Source: a virus (Duplodnaviria; Caudoviricetes). From it: a stretch of 47,398 bases of DNA. Positions 7,616-17,200 of the stretch are shown one piece after another (position 1 is the stretch's first letter; the number at the start of each line of letters is the position of its first letter). A program made the position numbers and the translations under genes. The notes beneath the pieces are model-generated. The model searched no databases, was not told the origin of the DNA, and was given only the letters and a program-made list of their open reading frames with translations. The DNA lies in IMG/VR virus record IMGVR_UViG_3300024286_000006, positions 1 through 47,398 of that record; one strand, 5' to 3'.

Positions 7616-7652
7616 GTAGTAGAAGTAAAAATCTGAAAGAGGAGAAAAAACG

Positions 7653-8639
7653 ATGGGTGGCAATCTCAGACCAGCGCAGTTCGTCGGCTCTATCTCGGCC
7701 GCGGCTGATTATCTGGCACCCGGCGCTATCGAAGTCAATCGTTATCAAGCAGAAATCTTTGACCTCGTGCGACGCCGCTTTGTATTAGGACAGAGAATCA
7801 ATCAAACTCCCGCGACGGGCCAACCGTCACGGTACTTTGAGCAGCTGTTGATCGGTACCGCGTCATTCGTTGATCCGCGCGTTATCGCACCGGTTGCATC
7901 TCAGCCGGAACGTGTTGAGAAGGTAGTGACGTTGAAGGCGATCGTTGCCCAACTGAACTACTCCATCTTCGACGTTGAAGTGAATCAGCAGCAAGGGCAG
8001 TTCCCGTATCTCGAAGCAAAGGATCTCACCGACCAAGTCGATGCGGTTCTGAAAAAGCACGATCTGGCTTTGTGGAATGGCCCGGATACGGACTTGGTTG
8101 TTCCGACCAACACTTCGTACTTCGGCATTTCCGGCCAGATCATCAACGCAACTCAGTTGGGCGGCTTCAACCAAACCAAGACCATCGGCGCCAGCAGTTC
8201 GCTGGTCGATGCAACGAAGACTCAGGTAGCGGGCATGGTCGCGCGGCAAGATTTCGAAGTCAAGCCGTCGGCTCTGTATCTCAACCCGCTGTTTGCGGAT
8301 TTGTTCGACCAGGAAGCTAAGACCTTGCAGTTGTACTACAACGAGGTCGAAGTCATTCCTGGCGTCATTGTCAAGGCGCTACCAACTCAGGCCGGTCTTT
8401 TGCCGTTGATTCCTGATGCCGGTTTGACCAACAACCCGTCTGGTTCCGGTTTCCAGTACACCGGGTTCATCCTGTCTGAGGAGTTTGTCGAGTACCATTG
8501 GTTGACATCTCCCGTACCGCGCGTCTTCCAACTCGGTCTGTTGGGAAATCTTGCGGCTCAGTTCGTGATCGTGAAGTTCGGATCGGTCGTGGTCAAGGGT
8601 CCTGCTTACGCCCACGCCGCAATTCAGACGACACGATAG
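7653..8639 (+). CDS. Major capsid protein (HK97 fold)
   Basis: 328 aa, strong GAGGAG RBS, follows scaffold; segments LKKHDLALWNG, YFGISGQI, PSALYLNP typical of HK97-fold capsids. Confidence 0.85.
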   Translation: MGGNLRPAQFVGSISAAADYLAPGAIEVNRYQAEIFDLVRRRFVLGQRINQTPATGQPSRYFEQLLIGTASFVDPRVIAPVASQPERVEKVVTLKAIVAQLNYSIFDVEVNQQQGQFPYLEAKDLTDQVDAVLKKHDLALWNGPDTDLVVPTNTSYFGISGQIINATQLGGFNQTKTIGASSSLVDATKTQVAGMVARQDFEVKPSALYLNPLFADLFDQEAKTLQLYYNEVEVIPGVIVKALPTQAGLLPLIPDAGLTNNPSGSGFQYTGFILSEEFVEYHWLTSPVPRVFQLGLLGNLAAQFVIVKFGSVVVKGPAYAHAAIQTTR

Positions 8640-8651
8640 CTGAGGTGACAG

Positions 8652-9431
8652 GTGCCATCGTTTCAGCCGCGCTATATCACTGAACAAGAACTGGCCCAGT
8701 TCGGATTGCCTGATGTTGACTCACAGCCCAACATCATGTCGTTCGTGGACGGGGCCAGTTCTCTCATTGACGCATATTGCGGCAGGACGGATGGTGACGG
8801 TAATGGGAGTTTGGTTTACACAACGTACTCCCATCGAGTGTTGCTGCCTGAAGGGCGGAACATTTTTCGTTGTATGTTTCGCCCAATGGCTGCTCCTGAT
8901 GTGACCGTCAAGCAGTCGCTCGCAGCATCAGGTCAGTACTATGACACGGGATTTTTCCCAAGCACGATTTATACCAAGGGATTAGGACTATCGCCGATCA
9001 TTGGAGCAAGTGGTCGGTATGCGTATTCGCGGCGCGGATCGCAGCAGGTTTATCCTGATCTCAACTACGGCGCGAACGTTTTGCAGATTGCATCGTTCTT
9101 TGGCGGGCCGCCGCAGTTCACGCCAATCGATGTCAGCATGATTGACTTCGATCCAAAGACTGCCGAATGCTGGGTACCAGCTGGTCTCTACCTTGCGCAA
9201 TACACAGAGGTGGCGATCACTTACAACGCAGGTTACGATCCGCGCGATATGCCTAAGAACATAAAACATGCATGCGCGGCGCTCATTCGAAACTTCATGT
9301 CAAAGGGTGGTGGTACAACTGGCATGAAGTCGTTCTCAGTTTGGAGGGTGCAGGGAGAGTTCACTGAGGATCTGATCGATGCCACAGTTGCTCGCTGGCT
9401 GCAACCCTACACTACGGTAATCGCGTACTGA
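8652..9431 (+). CDS. Head-tail adaptor (gp6/gp15-like)
   Basis: YIT..EL, ASSLIDAYCGR, ITYNAGY...P.NIKHAC, WLQPY pattern; follows capsid. Confidence 0.75.
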   Translation: MPSFQPRYITEQELAQFGLPDVDSQPNIMSFVDGASSLIDAYCGRTDGDGNGSLVYTTYSHRVLLPEGRNIFRCMFRPMAAPDVTVKQSLAASGQYYDTGFFPSTIYTKGLGLSPIIGASGRYAYSRRGSQQVYPDLNYGANVLQIASFFGGPPQFTPIDVSMIDFDPKTAECWVPAGLYLAQYTEVAITYNAGYDPRDMPKNIKHACAALIRNFMSKGGGTTGMKSFSVWRVQGEFTEDLIDATVARWLQPYTTVIAY

Positions 9432-9432
9432 A

Positions 9433-9975
9433 ATGGGCATTCCGTTTGGTTTCGGTGTCAGGCAGTTGTACGATGCGCACCTGAACTTCTGGCGACCAGG
9501 GTTGCAGTGTGCTCTTCGGATCGAGAACTACGATGTGCCCGACAACGGTTACGGTGAACTTGGTTTTCAGTTTTCACCAACCGGACAAATCATCGATCAG
9601 GCCGGTTTCAACGACTATCAAATTCTTCCGCAGCCCGAGGTGATGGAAATACCGACCAAGGATGTTGGGTTGCCGATGAAGCAGTTAATGTTCGGCGTGA
9701 AAAAGTTCATCATTTCGCACACATTTGTTCTCCAGCAAATGCGTGACAGAAATCTATCAGACCCGTTTCAGGTCTGGAGGGATAAGAGAGTTTTAGGCAT
9801 TGCATACCCCAGGTATTTTGGTGCAACAGCAGCGCAGTTGGGGGATGCAGGCGTGAGGGAGACGCGATTGTTTCAGATTCAATCCGTCACCCATGACGAA
9901 ATTGCCGGACAGTCAATTGCTTGGACGTTGATCTGTCAAGCAAACGAAGCAGCGGTTACCGAGGAAGGGAGTTAA
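9433..9975 (+). CDS. Putative head closure/stopper protein
   Basis: Position after adaptor; beta-rich C-terminus FQIQSV...WTLIC. Confidence 0.5.
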   Translation: MGIPFGFGVRQLYDAHLNFWRPGLQCALRIENYDVPDNGYGELGFQFSPTGQIIDQAGFNDYQILPQPEVMEIPTKDVGLPMKQLMFGVKKFIISHTFVLQQMRDRNLSDPFQVWRDKRVLGIAYPRYFGATAAQLGDAGVRETRLFQIQSVTHDEIAGQSIAWTLICQANEAAVTEEGS

Positions 9976-9976
9976 C

Positions 9977-10234
9977 ATGGCAGAGCATTCGTTCAGGATT
10001 CAGGATCAGGTGCTTTTGCGTCGTCCTCTTGCGAATAGCAACGGGTCTCAACTTGTAAAGGTTGGGACAATTGTTGCGTTTGCGGATGGCGGCAAAAAGG
10101 CGGTGGTACAGTGTCCGTCGGATCGAACCCGATTGACCGTCCCCGTCGAGCAGCTAAAGCCAGCAGCCGCACGATTCAATCGTGCTCGTGTGCAGATTGA
10201 CCCGGTGAGAAGGAATATCGCGTTTCTGCGATAA
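9977..10234 (+). CDS. Hypothetical small protein (SH3/KOW-like pattern)
   Basis: FRIQDQV...VGTIV...AVVQ...VPVEQL; RBS present. Confidence 0.5.
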   Translation: MAEHSFRIQDQVLLRRPLANSNGSQLVKVGTIVAFADGGKKAVVQCPSDRTRLTVPVEQLKPAAARFNRARVQIDPVRRNIAFLR

Positions 10235-10261
10235 GAAAACCCAACGAAGGAGAAATAGGAA

Positions 10262-10522
10262 ATGGCGAGCACACAGATCATTACGGACCTGAAGAGTTCG
10301 GCTGCCGCAACTCCAACAGCCGCTTCTCAGGCCCTCGCACTTGCAGCAGCCGGCCCGATCGGTGACCTTCAGGGCATGTTGAGCCTTGCATTGTTGAAAG
10401 CACAGGAACTGAAGCAGTTGCTGGCAACAATTCTCGGCACAAACCCTGGCGGTGCAGTTATGATCGATGCTGGCGACCCGATCAAAACAACGTTGACCGG
10501 CGTCAGTCAATCACTGGTCTGA
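10262..10522 (+). CDS. Small Ala-rich putative virion protein
   Basis: AAGGAG/TAGGA RBS; lies in the structural operon. Confidence 0.55.
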   Translation: MASTQIITDLKSSAAATPTAASQALALAAAGPIGDLQGMLSLALLKAQELKQLLATILGTNPGGAVMIDAGDPIKTTLTGVSQSLV

Positions 10523-10524
10523 CG

Positions 10525-11040
10525 GTGGGGCTCCCGCTTTCATTCTTGTCTCCGCGTCTGATGTTAGACGCAGATCAGTTGGATTTTCTTCGGCTCGAAC
10601 TTGGCCAACAGAACAAACTGATTGAGGCGGGTGTGAAGGTCGAAGGCGAAGCGGCAGCCTACGCCCTTGTTTGGGAGTGGGGCAACGCCCGCCAGACTCA
10701 GCCAGGGCCCAAGACCACTTTGGGTGTTAACCCTGACGGTGAACGAGTCTATTTGTCGATTCAGGCACCGACGGGGTACATCCGAGTTCTGACTCCTCAG
10801 TTTCTCGCCGCGTTACAAGAGGAAATGGGGAGAGTTCGTTTTACTAGCGCGTCCACCGGGGCCGTCACTGACGCCCTCGAGAAGGCTGCAATCCGTACTG
10901 CCAGGCGGATAGCGGAACTAATCAGGGAGCATGCCCCGGTGGATAGCGGTGAGTTGCATGATGACATCAAGGTCGTTATGCCTGGTGATTCGTTGCTGGA
11001 CCAAGCTGAGGCAGATGGCTCGTTGTTTTTGGAGGATTGA
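10525..11040 (+). CDS. Neck/tail-completion protein (HK97 gp10-like)
   Basis: AYALVWEWG and APVDSGELHD motifs typical of gp10-like neck proteins. Confidence 0.6.
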   Translation: MGLPLSFLSPRLMLDADQLDFLRLELGQQNKLIEAGVKVEGEAAAYALVWEWGNARQTQPGPKTTLGVNPDGERVYLSIQAPTGYIRVLTPQFLAALQEEMGRVRFTSASTGAVTDALEKAAIRTARRIAELIREHAPVDSGELHDDIKVVMPGDSLLDQAEADGSLFLED

Positions 11041-11498
11041 TGAGTGTTACGGCGCACAGAGTGAAAGGAAAAACATTCTATAACCAAAAATTGTATGGCG
11101 CGAACTTCATCGGCCAAGACTTAGTGCACGCTGACTTTCGATCAGCCACACTAATGAACGCAAACTTCACCGATGCGGATCTAAGCTATGCAAATTTTGA
11201 AGGCGCCAACTGTCGCGGGGCGATCTTCGACAACTGCCGCCTCTATCGCGCCAACTTCAAAGACGCAGCGTTGGCTGGCTCGGTCTTCAGACCAAAGGAC
11301 GCATTCGGTATCACGCTAACGATGGCGTGCGAAACTTTCGATGATGTGCAGTCAAGCGGCTTGTGGTATCTCTCGATGGTGATGTTGGCATTGCGAATGA
11401 AAAGCCCAGAAGAAGGGCTAGAAGAAAAGATTATTTCTGCCATCGGCACTGAACGGTACATGGGATTGCGGCATATTTTTGATCGACGAGTCTTCTAA
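11040..11498 (+). CDS. Pentapeptide repeat protein
   Basis: ANFIG-QDLVH-ADFRS-ATLMN-ANFTD-ADLSY-ANFEG-ANCRG-AIFDN-CRLYR-ANFKD A(D/N)(L/F)xx repeats; GGAGG RBS. Confidence 0.9.
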   Translation: MSVTAHRVKGKTFYNQKLYGANFIGQDLVHADFRSATLMNANFTDADLSYANFEGANCRGAIFDNCRLYRANFKDAALAGSVFRPKDAFGITLTMACETFDDVQSSGLWYLSMVMLALRMKSPEEGLEEKIISAIGTERYMGLRHIFDRRVF

Positions 11499-12019
11499 TG
11501 ATTGAAGCGTTGGACAGCCACTACTTGTTTGTAAAGAATCGGATTCAGACGCTGAACCCGCAACGGAAATTGGGCGGCATTATGGATGCAATGGACTGGC
11601 CAACGCAGGTTGTTGATTTCGAGACGATTTATTGTTTGACACTTGGTGAGGTGCCAATCGACAAGGTCGGGGCGTCCGCTGCGATTCCAATTTTGCATCA
11701 CACAGTGCAATGGACGTGGCTGATTTTGGGGACAAACCCGCAAGCAGGATTGCAGATTAGAAGTCGTGGAGATCGTTACCGAAAGCACTACCAGATCGTA
11801 AAAGAAATCTTGAACGGAACGTATCCGCGATTTTGTGAAAAGCTTCAAGTGACCAGTGACCCTGCGACAGGTAATCTTGTTACTGCTCACATGAATCCGA
11901 TTGAGTACATTACCTGGACGCCAGTGTCGATTTCGAAAAAAGTGGACAAGGCGTCTGGTTTACTATACGGGATTGCAACTGTGCGTATTACGAATATGAC
12001 TGATTTGATCGCAGCGTAG
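11498..12019 (+). CDS. Putative tail terminator
   Basis: Size and position immediately before the tail tube gene. Confidence 0.5.
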   Translation: MIEALDSHYLFVKNRIQTLNPQRKLGGIMDAMDWPTQVVDFETIYCLTLGEVPIDKVGASAAIPILHHTVQWTWLILGTNPQAGLQIRSRGDRYRKHYQIVKEILNGTYPRFCEKLQVTSDPATGNLVTAHMNPIEYITWTPVSISKKVDKASGLLYGIATVRITNMTDLIAA

Positions 12020-12107
12020 CTTGGACGGACAAGGTGAGTTGTGCTGGTAGTAGCATGCCGGTGAGAAGTCAAGGCATGCGAGTGGTACTAAAAGGAGAAA
12101 CTCACCT

Positions 12108-13169
12108 ATGGCACTTTCAAGTTCATTAGTTCAGCCATTTCGCAAAAATATGATGGCGATTGGTTCGGGGTTCCGTATCTTCTTTGCCCCGTACAACGCC
12201 ACCATTGGTTCAGCAGTTGCGTCAACAGTTCTCGGCCCAAAGATTCTAGACCTCAACACCCAAGGCCCATTTGTGACATCAGCACCGCCCGCAGGTTGGA
12301 CGGATCTGGGCTGGGTGAAAGATTTCAAGATCACGCCGGGTTCAAAGATCGGTCAAGTCCGTTCCGGTTATCGCGGAGCGGTCAGGGCGCAGTATAGAGG
12401 TCAGGTCGCCGAGCAGTTTGAGTTTAAGTTCCGCGAGTTGAGCCGTATGGCATTCAAGATCGCCACCGGAAGCAACCCGTTCAACTTGATCTCTCAGGCA
12501 ACCCCCTCAACCGCTGGTCCATTGTCTGCTTCTGGCGCAGCAAAGACTGGATTGGCTTCCTACACTCCGGGTTCGACCACCGCAACACTAACCAACGCAG
12601 CGGCACTCGGTTTGTCAGGTGGTATGTATATCGTGGCAGACGATGACTACAACCCGGCGCAATTCGGCGTTGTCGGTTCAGCAGGACAGCCGGTCTTCAA
12701 GCAAGCGGTGACAGACATTGACTATGTAAGGCGAACGTCAGACTTTGTGGCGCGCGTAACATCGGTCAATGGCAACACTATCACTATCGACCAGCCATTT
12801 GTTGGAGGTGGTTCGACGGACCAACTCGGCAGAACGTTGACGGCGCCAAATGCCGGTACCGCCAACGTGCAAGTCATCACAGGATGGGCATCGAGAGAAG
12901 GTGGCACCCACATCACCGAGTGGTCCGCTCTAGCATTTCTCGATACTATCGATCAGGCCCAAATCGCGTTCTATTGGCCCCACGTATCGATTCAGCAGTT
13001 CCGGGACCTCAACAACTGGGCAATTGAGAACATTGGTACCACTGACCTTGGTGGCTATGAACTCGATTGCGTCATGGAGGCGCTGGCCTTCGACGATCCG
13101 CTCGATGGTGAGACGGTTGTCGGATACACTGCTTTCTATGCGCGACCTGGTCAAGCAGTAGCGATTTAG
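12108..13169 (+). CDS. Major tail tube protein
   Basis: AAGGAG RBS; IGSGFRIFFAP...GWTDLGWV pattern; Thr/Ala/Gly-rich insertion; precedes chaperone and tape measure. Confidence 0.75.
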   Translation: MALSSSLVQPFRKNMMAIGSGFRIFFAPYNATIGSAVASTVLGPKILDLNTQGPFVTSAPPAGWTDLGWVKDFKITPGSKIGQVRSGYRGAVRAQYRGQVAEQFEFKFRELSRMAFKIATGSNPFNLISQATPSTAGPLSASGAAKTGLASYTPGSTTATLTNAAALGLSGGMYIVADDDYNPAQFGVVGSAGQPVFKQAVTDIDYVRRTSDFVARVTSVNGNTITIDQPFVGGGSTDQLGRTLTAPNAGTANVQVITGWASREGGTHITEWSALAFLDTIDQAQIAFYWPHVSIQQFRDLNNWAIENIGTTDLGGYELDCVMEALAFDDPLDGETVVGYTAFYARPGQAVAI

Positions 13170-13200
13170 TAATTGTTTTTCGTGAGAAGTTTGATGTGAT

Positions 13201-13244
13201 GAGAAGGGTGGGTTGGTTCTTACGGATCAATCCACCCTTCTTTG
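13201..13244 (+). terminator. Rho-independent terminator after tail tube gene
   Basis: gaagggtgggttggttc-ttac-ggatcaatccacccttc followed by tttgt. Confidence 0.7.
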
Positions 13245-13292
13245 TATTCTGAGTGAGACTGAGAAGTACACTTTTCGATGAGGAGAAATGTA

Positions 13293-13964
13293 ATGTCAGA
13301 AACAGCCACACCCGTAACAGATGCAATCCGCGAAGAAATTCGAAAAGATGTTATTGCTGAACTTGAAGGTCGGGCAGCGAAAGAACTCGCCGATCTCAAA
13401 AAGCAACTCGAAGAACAGAACCAGCTAGCCATAGATCAGGCCATTGCAGAGTTCCGCGCGGAACAGAAACCCCCTTCCCAAGAAGAAATCGCCACACTCT
13501 TGAGCCAAGATTACCTTTCGTTCAAGGTCGAGATTCCATGGGAAACCGGTGGTGATGATGGCAAGCAGGGGATTCGAACATTCACCATCACCGAATTGCC
13601 TCAGCGAATGGAGAAGAAGTTCTACGCGAAGTTCAAAGAGGAATTAATCCCCCGCGCCGGTGATGTTGCAAAACTGACCTATGATCTCCTCAGCGGGGAT
13701 ACCGGCGACAAAATTACTGCCCTCCTGAACGCGTTCGAGCCTTCATTCGATCTCATGGCTGAAGCTTGCGTGATGATCCTGAATCCACGTGGCAAAGAAA
13801 CAACCATTACCAAAGACTGGATCCAAGACAACCTGTCATCGTATCGGCAGTGGAATATCATCTACGCGCAGATTCAAGTAAACAGGTTACGGGATTTTTT
13901 CTCACAACTCTCCCGAGGTTCGAAAGGGATGGGGATGACCTTGCCAGCGCCTACCCGCAATTAG
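13293..13964 (+). CDS. Tail assembly chaperone (G-like)
   Basis: AGGAG RBS before MSETATP; between tail tube and tape measure; contains slippery site T TTT TTC at 13895-13901. Confidence 0.75.
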   Translation: MSETATPVTDAIREEIRKDVIAELEGRAAKELADLKKQLEEQNQLAIDQAIAEFRAEQKPPSQEEIATLLSQDYLSFKVEIPWETGGDDGKQGIRTFTITELPQRMEKKFYAKFKEELIPRAGDVAKLTYDLLSGDTGDKITALLNAFEPSFDLMAEACVMILNPRGKETTITKDWIQDNLSSYRQWNIIYAQIQVNRLRDFFSQLSRGSKGMGMTLPAPTRN

Positions 13965-14293
13965 CGGGTGCAGCAAGCTGGATTGAGACATTCCACATTC
14001 CCCTCAGGGAGATCGAGGAGCGGTTTACAAAATCCGAACTGGCGGTAGTTTCGTGGCGATCACAGGAAACCTATCACCAGATGAAGTCAAAGATCAAAAG
14101 TCCGCCAACGCCAGATTTACCAGCTGGTGCGAAGGCGACACCACAAGGCGTTTTGCCAGAAGGGTTGCCCAATAGGTTCTTCAACAAAGATGGGGAGTTG
14201 GACCTGAGAGGTGTAACCGGAGCAGACGCGTTTAGGTTCTTTCAGGCGCAAGGAAAAACGCTACCGATCTCGACAGCAATGGTAGGTGGTTGA
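13293..14293 (+). CDS. Tail assembly chaperone GT-like product via -1 frameshift
   Basis: The -1 frame (track ORF 13766..14293) stays open from the slippery heptamer to TGA 14293 and lacks an evident RBS/start of its own. Confidence 0.7.
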
Positions 14294-14294
14294 A

Positions 14295-17200
14295 ATGCCG
14301 AACCAACAAGAGTTCGTTAAACTTCTAGCCAAGCTAGGGCTAGACACAACCGATTGGAATACGGCAACAAAATCGATCATCGCGAAACTTGCTGAGGTCG
14401 ATAAACAAGAACAGACCCGCGCAGCAGTTCGCAAACGGGCCATTGCCGACGAGACAGCTGCAATCAATAAAAAGATTGCTGCCGAACTTGAAGGTCAGAA
14501 AGCGGTCAGTGCAGCGGCCGCGAAGCAGGTAGAAACCCTAAAGGCCCAGAAGCAGGCGGTACAAGATATTGCGTCTGCTTCTGTGCGCCTGAAGGCCCAG
14601 ATCGATCTTGAAGCAATTGCTACTTCGACCGTACTGAAAAAGCGGCAGGACATTGTCGCGCAGTGTGAAGTGGAGATGGAGAAGCTAACCAAGCTTCGCT
14701 ATCCATCTGAACAACAACTTCAAACTCTTCGTCAAATAAGTGCTGAAAGAGACAAACAACTCTCAGCAATCAATCGACAACAGGCAGCGGCTCAGCGTTT
14801 AACAGCACAAACTCTACGCCAGAATGAAGCAGAGGCGCGAAGGGCCGCAACTGCTACCGCTGCGGCAGCAAAAAGAGTTGTTGCTCCAGAGACTCAGCAA
14901 ATCGCAAGACTTCGCGCACAGATCAACACAACCGATGTGCTGACTGCGAAAGAGCGGGCAAAGATCGAGACGCAAATCACGGCAATACTCGATAAACAAA
15001 TCGCCGCTCTGAAAATGAAGTCAAATCTTGACCGCGAAGACCTTGCAACGTTGAATCGGTTAGCGACGGCAAGAGCAAGGTCGGCTGCGGCGTCAATTGT
15101 TCGAACACCGGGTGGAGGTGGTGGTGGAGGAGGTGGAAGCTTCTTAGGCGGTCTGCTGGGTGGCGGTGGCGGAATGTTCGGTGCTGTAGTTGGCGGCACA
15201 CTGACAGCCCAGTTGGTCGGCGGAATGGTCAAGGGGCTTGCGGTAGATGTTAAAAATCTAATCATGGAGTCGGGGAAGCTTGACGACGTTCGTGATGCCT
15301 TTGAAAAGCTAGGTCAGGTCAAGGGCGTTGACACAATAAAGTTCTTGAAGCAGTTGCGCGTTGCGTCTCTTGATATGGTCGGTGACGTGCAACTGATTCG
15401 AATGGCCAATGCGGCGCTGGCATCGAATCTGAAAGTAACCACAGACCAGATTGCTCGCATGGTCCACGATGTTGCATCGCTGTCTCAGTCGCAAGGTCGT
15501 GATCCGCGCCAAGCAATGCAGGCCCTGCAAACGTCCTTCACCACCGGGCGTTTTATGTCCATTGCGCGAGCCACCGGTATTCAGACGTCAGAGTTGCAGC
15601 TAGGTAAGCTGGCTGGCTCAACGATGCCGCAGGCTGCGAAAAGCACACAACAATTTCTAGTGATGCTCGATGCAATGGACAGAAAAATGTCCATGCTTGG
15701 TGAGCCGACACTAAACTTCGCTGACAAGATGGAGGTGTTGGACACAAAGATTGTTCGTATCAAGAACTCGTTTGCTGAAGGCTTGCAAGGCTCTGGTGGC
15801 TTTCAGGTCTTTCTGAAGTTCATCGATACCGTTTCGGCAAAGCTGGATGATATTGAAGTACTTGCAGGCGAGTTGGGCGAGAAGTTTGGTGAGGCGTTTG
15901 CTGCAACTGTACCGGTCATCGAGAATGTTGCGACAGCAATTTCGAACATTCTGTCTTCAACTTACCAACTGCTCGTGGTGTTTCAGGAGTTTGCGCGAAC
16001 TGTAACCGGGTTCAACCTGCTATTTGCAAACATGGGGCAGCGGTTCAGTGGCGTTGCAAACGTCCTGATTACGTTCTCCGAAGGTTTAGAAATCATCACC
16101 AGCGGCTTCCAGTTGTTTGTTCGTTCGATCACAGAAGCCATTGGGCTGACCACACGGTTTGTAGACTTGATGGCGCATCCGCCTAGCACGGATGCACTCA
16201 AGAAGTTTTTTGCAGATTCAAAGAAGGCTGACACCGACTACAAGCAATGGGTGGCAGATTCGAACAAGAAACTTACCGATGACATAGCGCGGTCAGAAGA
16301 CGCCCGATCAGCAATGAACGGGCCGCGCCTCACCCATCCCAAGACCGCGCCGGGCGTCGAACTTCCGATGCCGCCCGACTTTGCCTTCGAAACAAAATTG
16401 CAAAAGCTGCGCATGGAACTTGCGCAAGCGACTGCGAAGGCTGAACTCGAAGCGAAGAAACAAGAACTCGAAGGTGAGAAGGCTGCCAATGAATCTGCAT
16501 ACCAGCAGATGTTGGAAACCTATTCACAGTACATCAACAACAAGAAAAAGATTCGGCAAGATGAACTCAAAGCGGAAATCGAAGAGGCTCGGCAAGAAAG
16601 AGATGCGCGAATTGCTGAGTTGGCGTTTGAGCAGAGACTTGCAACGATCGATCTAAGCAAACAGGTCCTGAACGCTCAAGCTGGTGGGATGAAAGAAGGC
16701 GCCACTGCCGAAGAGCAGGCGCGTTCGAAGGAGATGGTCCGCGATCTTCAGGATGAAGTAAAGTTGACTGGGTCAACATACGAAATTCGGAAGAAGATTG
16801 CTGATGTACAGTTCCAGTCTAAGACCCGCGCCGCGCAGATTTCTGCAATGCGTGAGCAGGCGCAGATGGATATGGAACTGGTCAAAGACCATGAGACCGC
16901 TGTTAGAAAAGGCATCGAAGCGGAACTCGATCTCAAGAAACAGTCTTTGCAAGAGCAGGTTCAAGCAACAGAAGATAGTTTCAAGGATGGTTTGAGTTCT
17001 GCACAAGATTATCTTGACAAGCGCCGCCAACAGATCGAAGCCGAAAAGCAATTGGCGATTGACTCAGCGTATGAAACTTATCAAAATTCTGTTCGCAGCG
17101 AAGCGAATTTGGCAGATTTCCGCATCAAGGCAGCGAAGGCGGAGATCGATGCTCGCAAGCAACTAACCAAACTCGCTTCATCTGAAGACGACGTTCGGTT

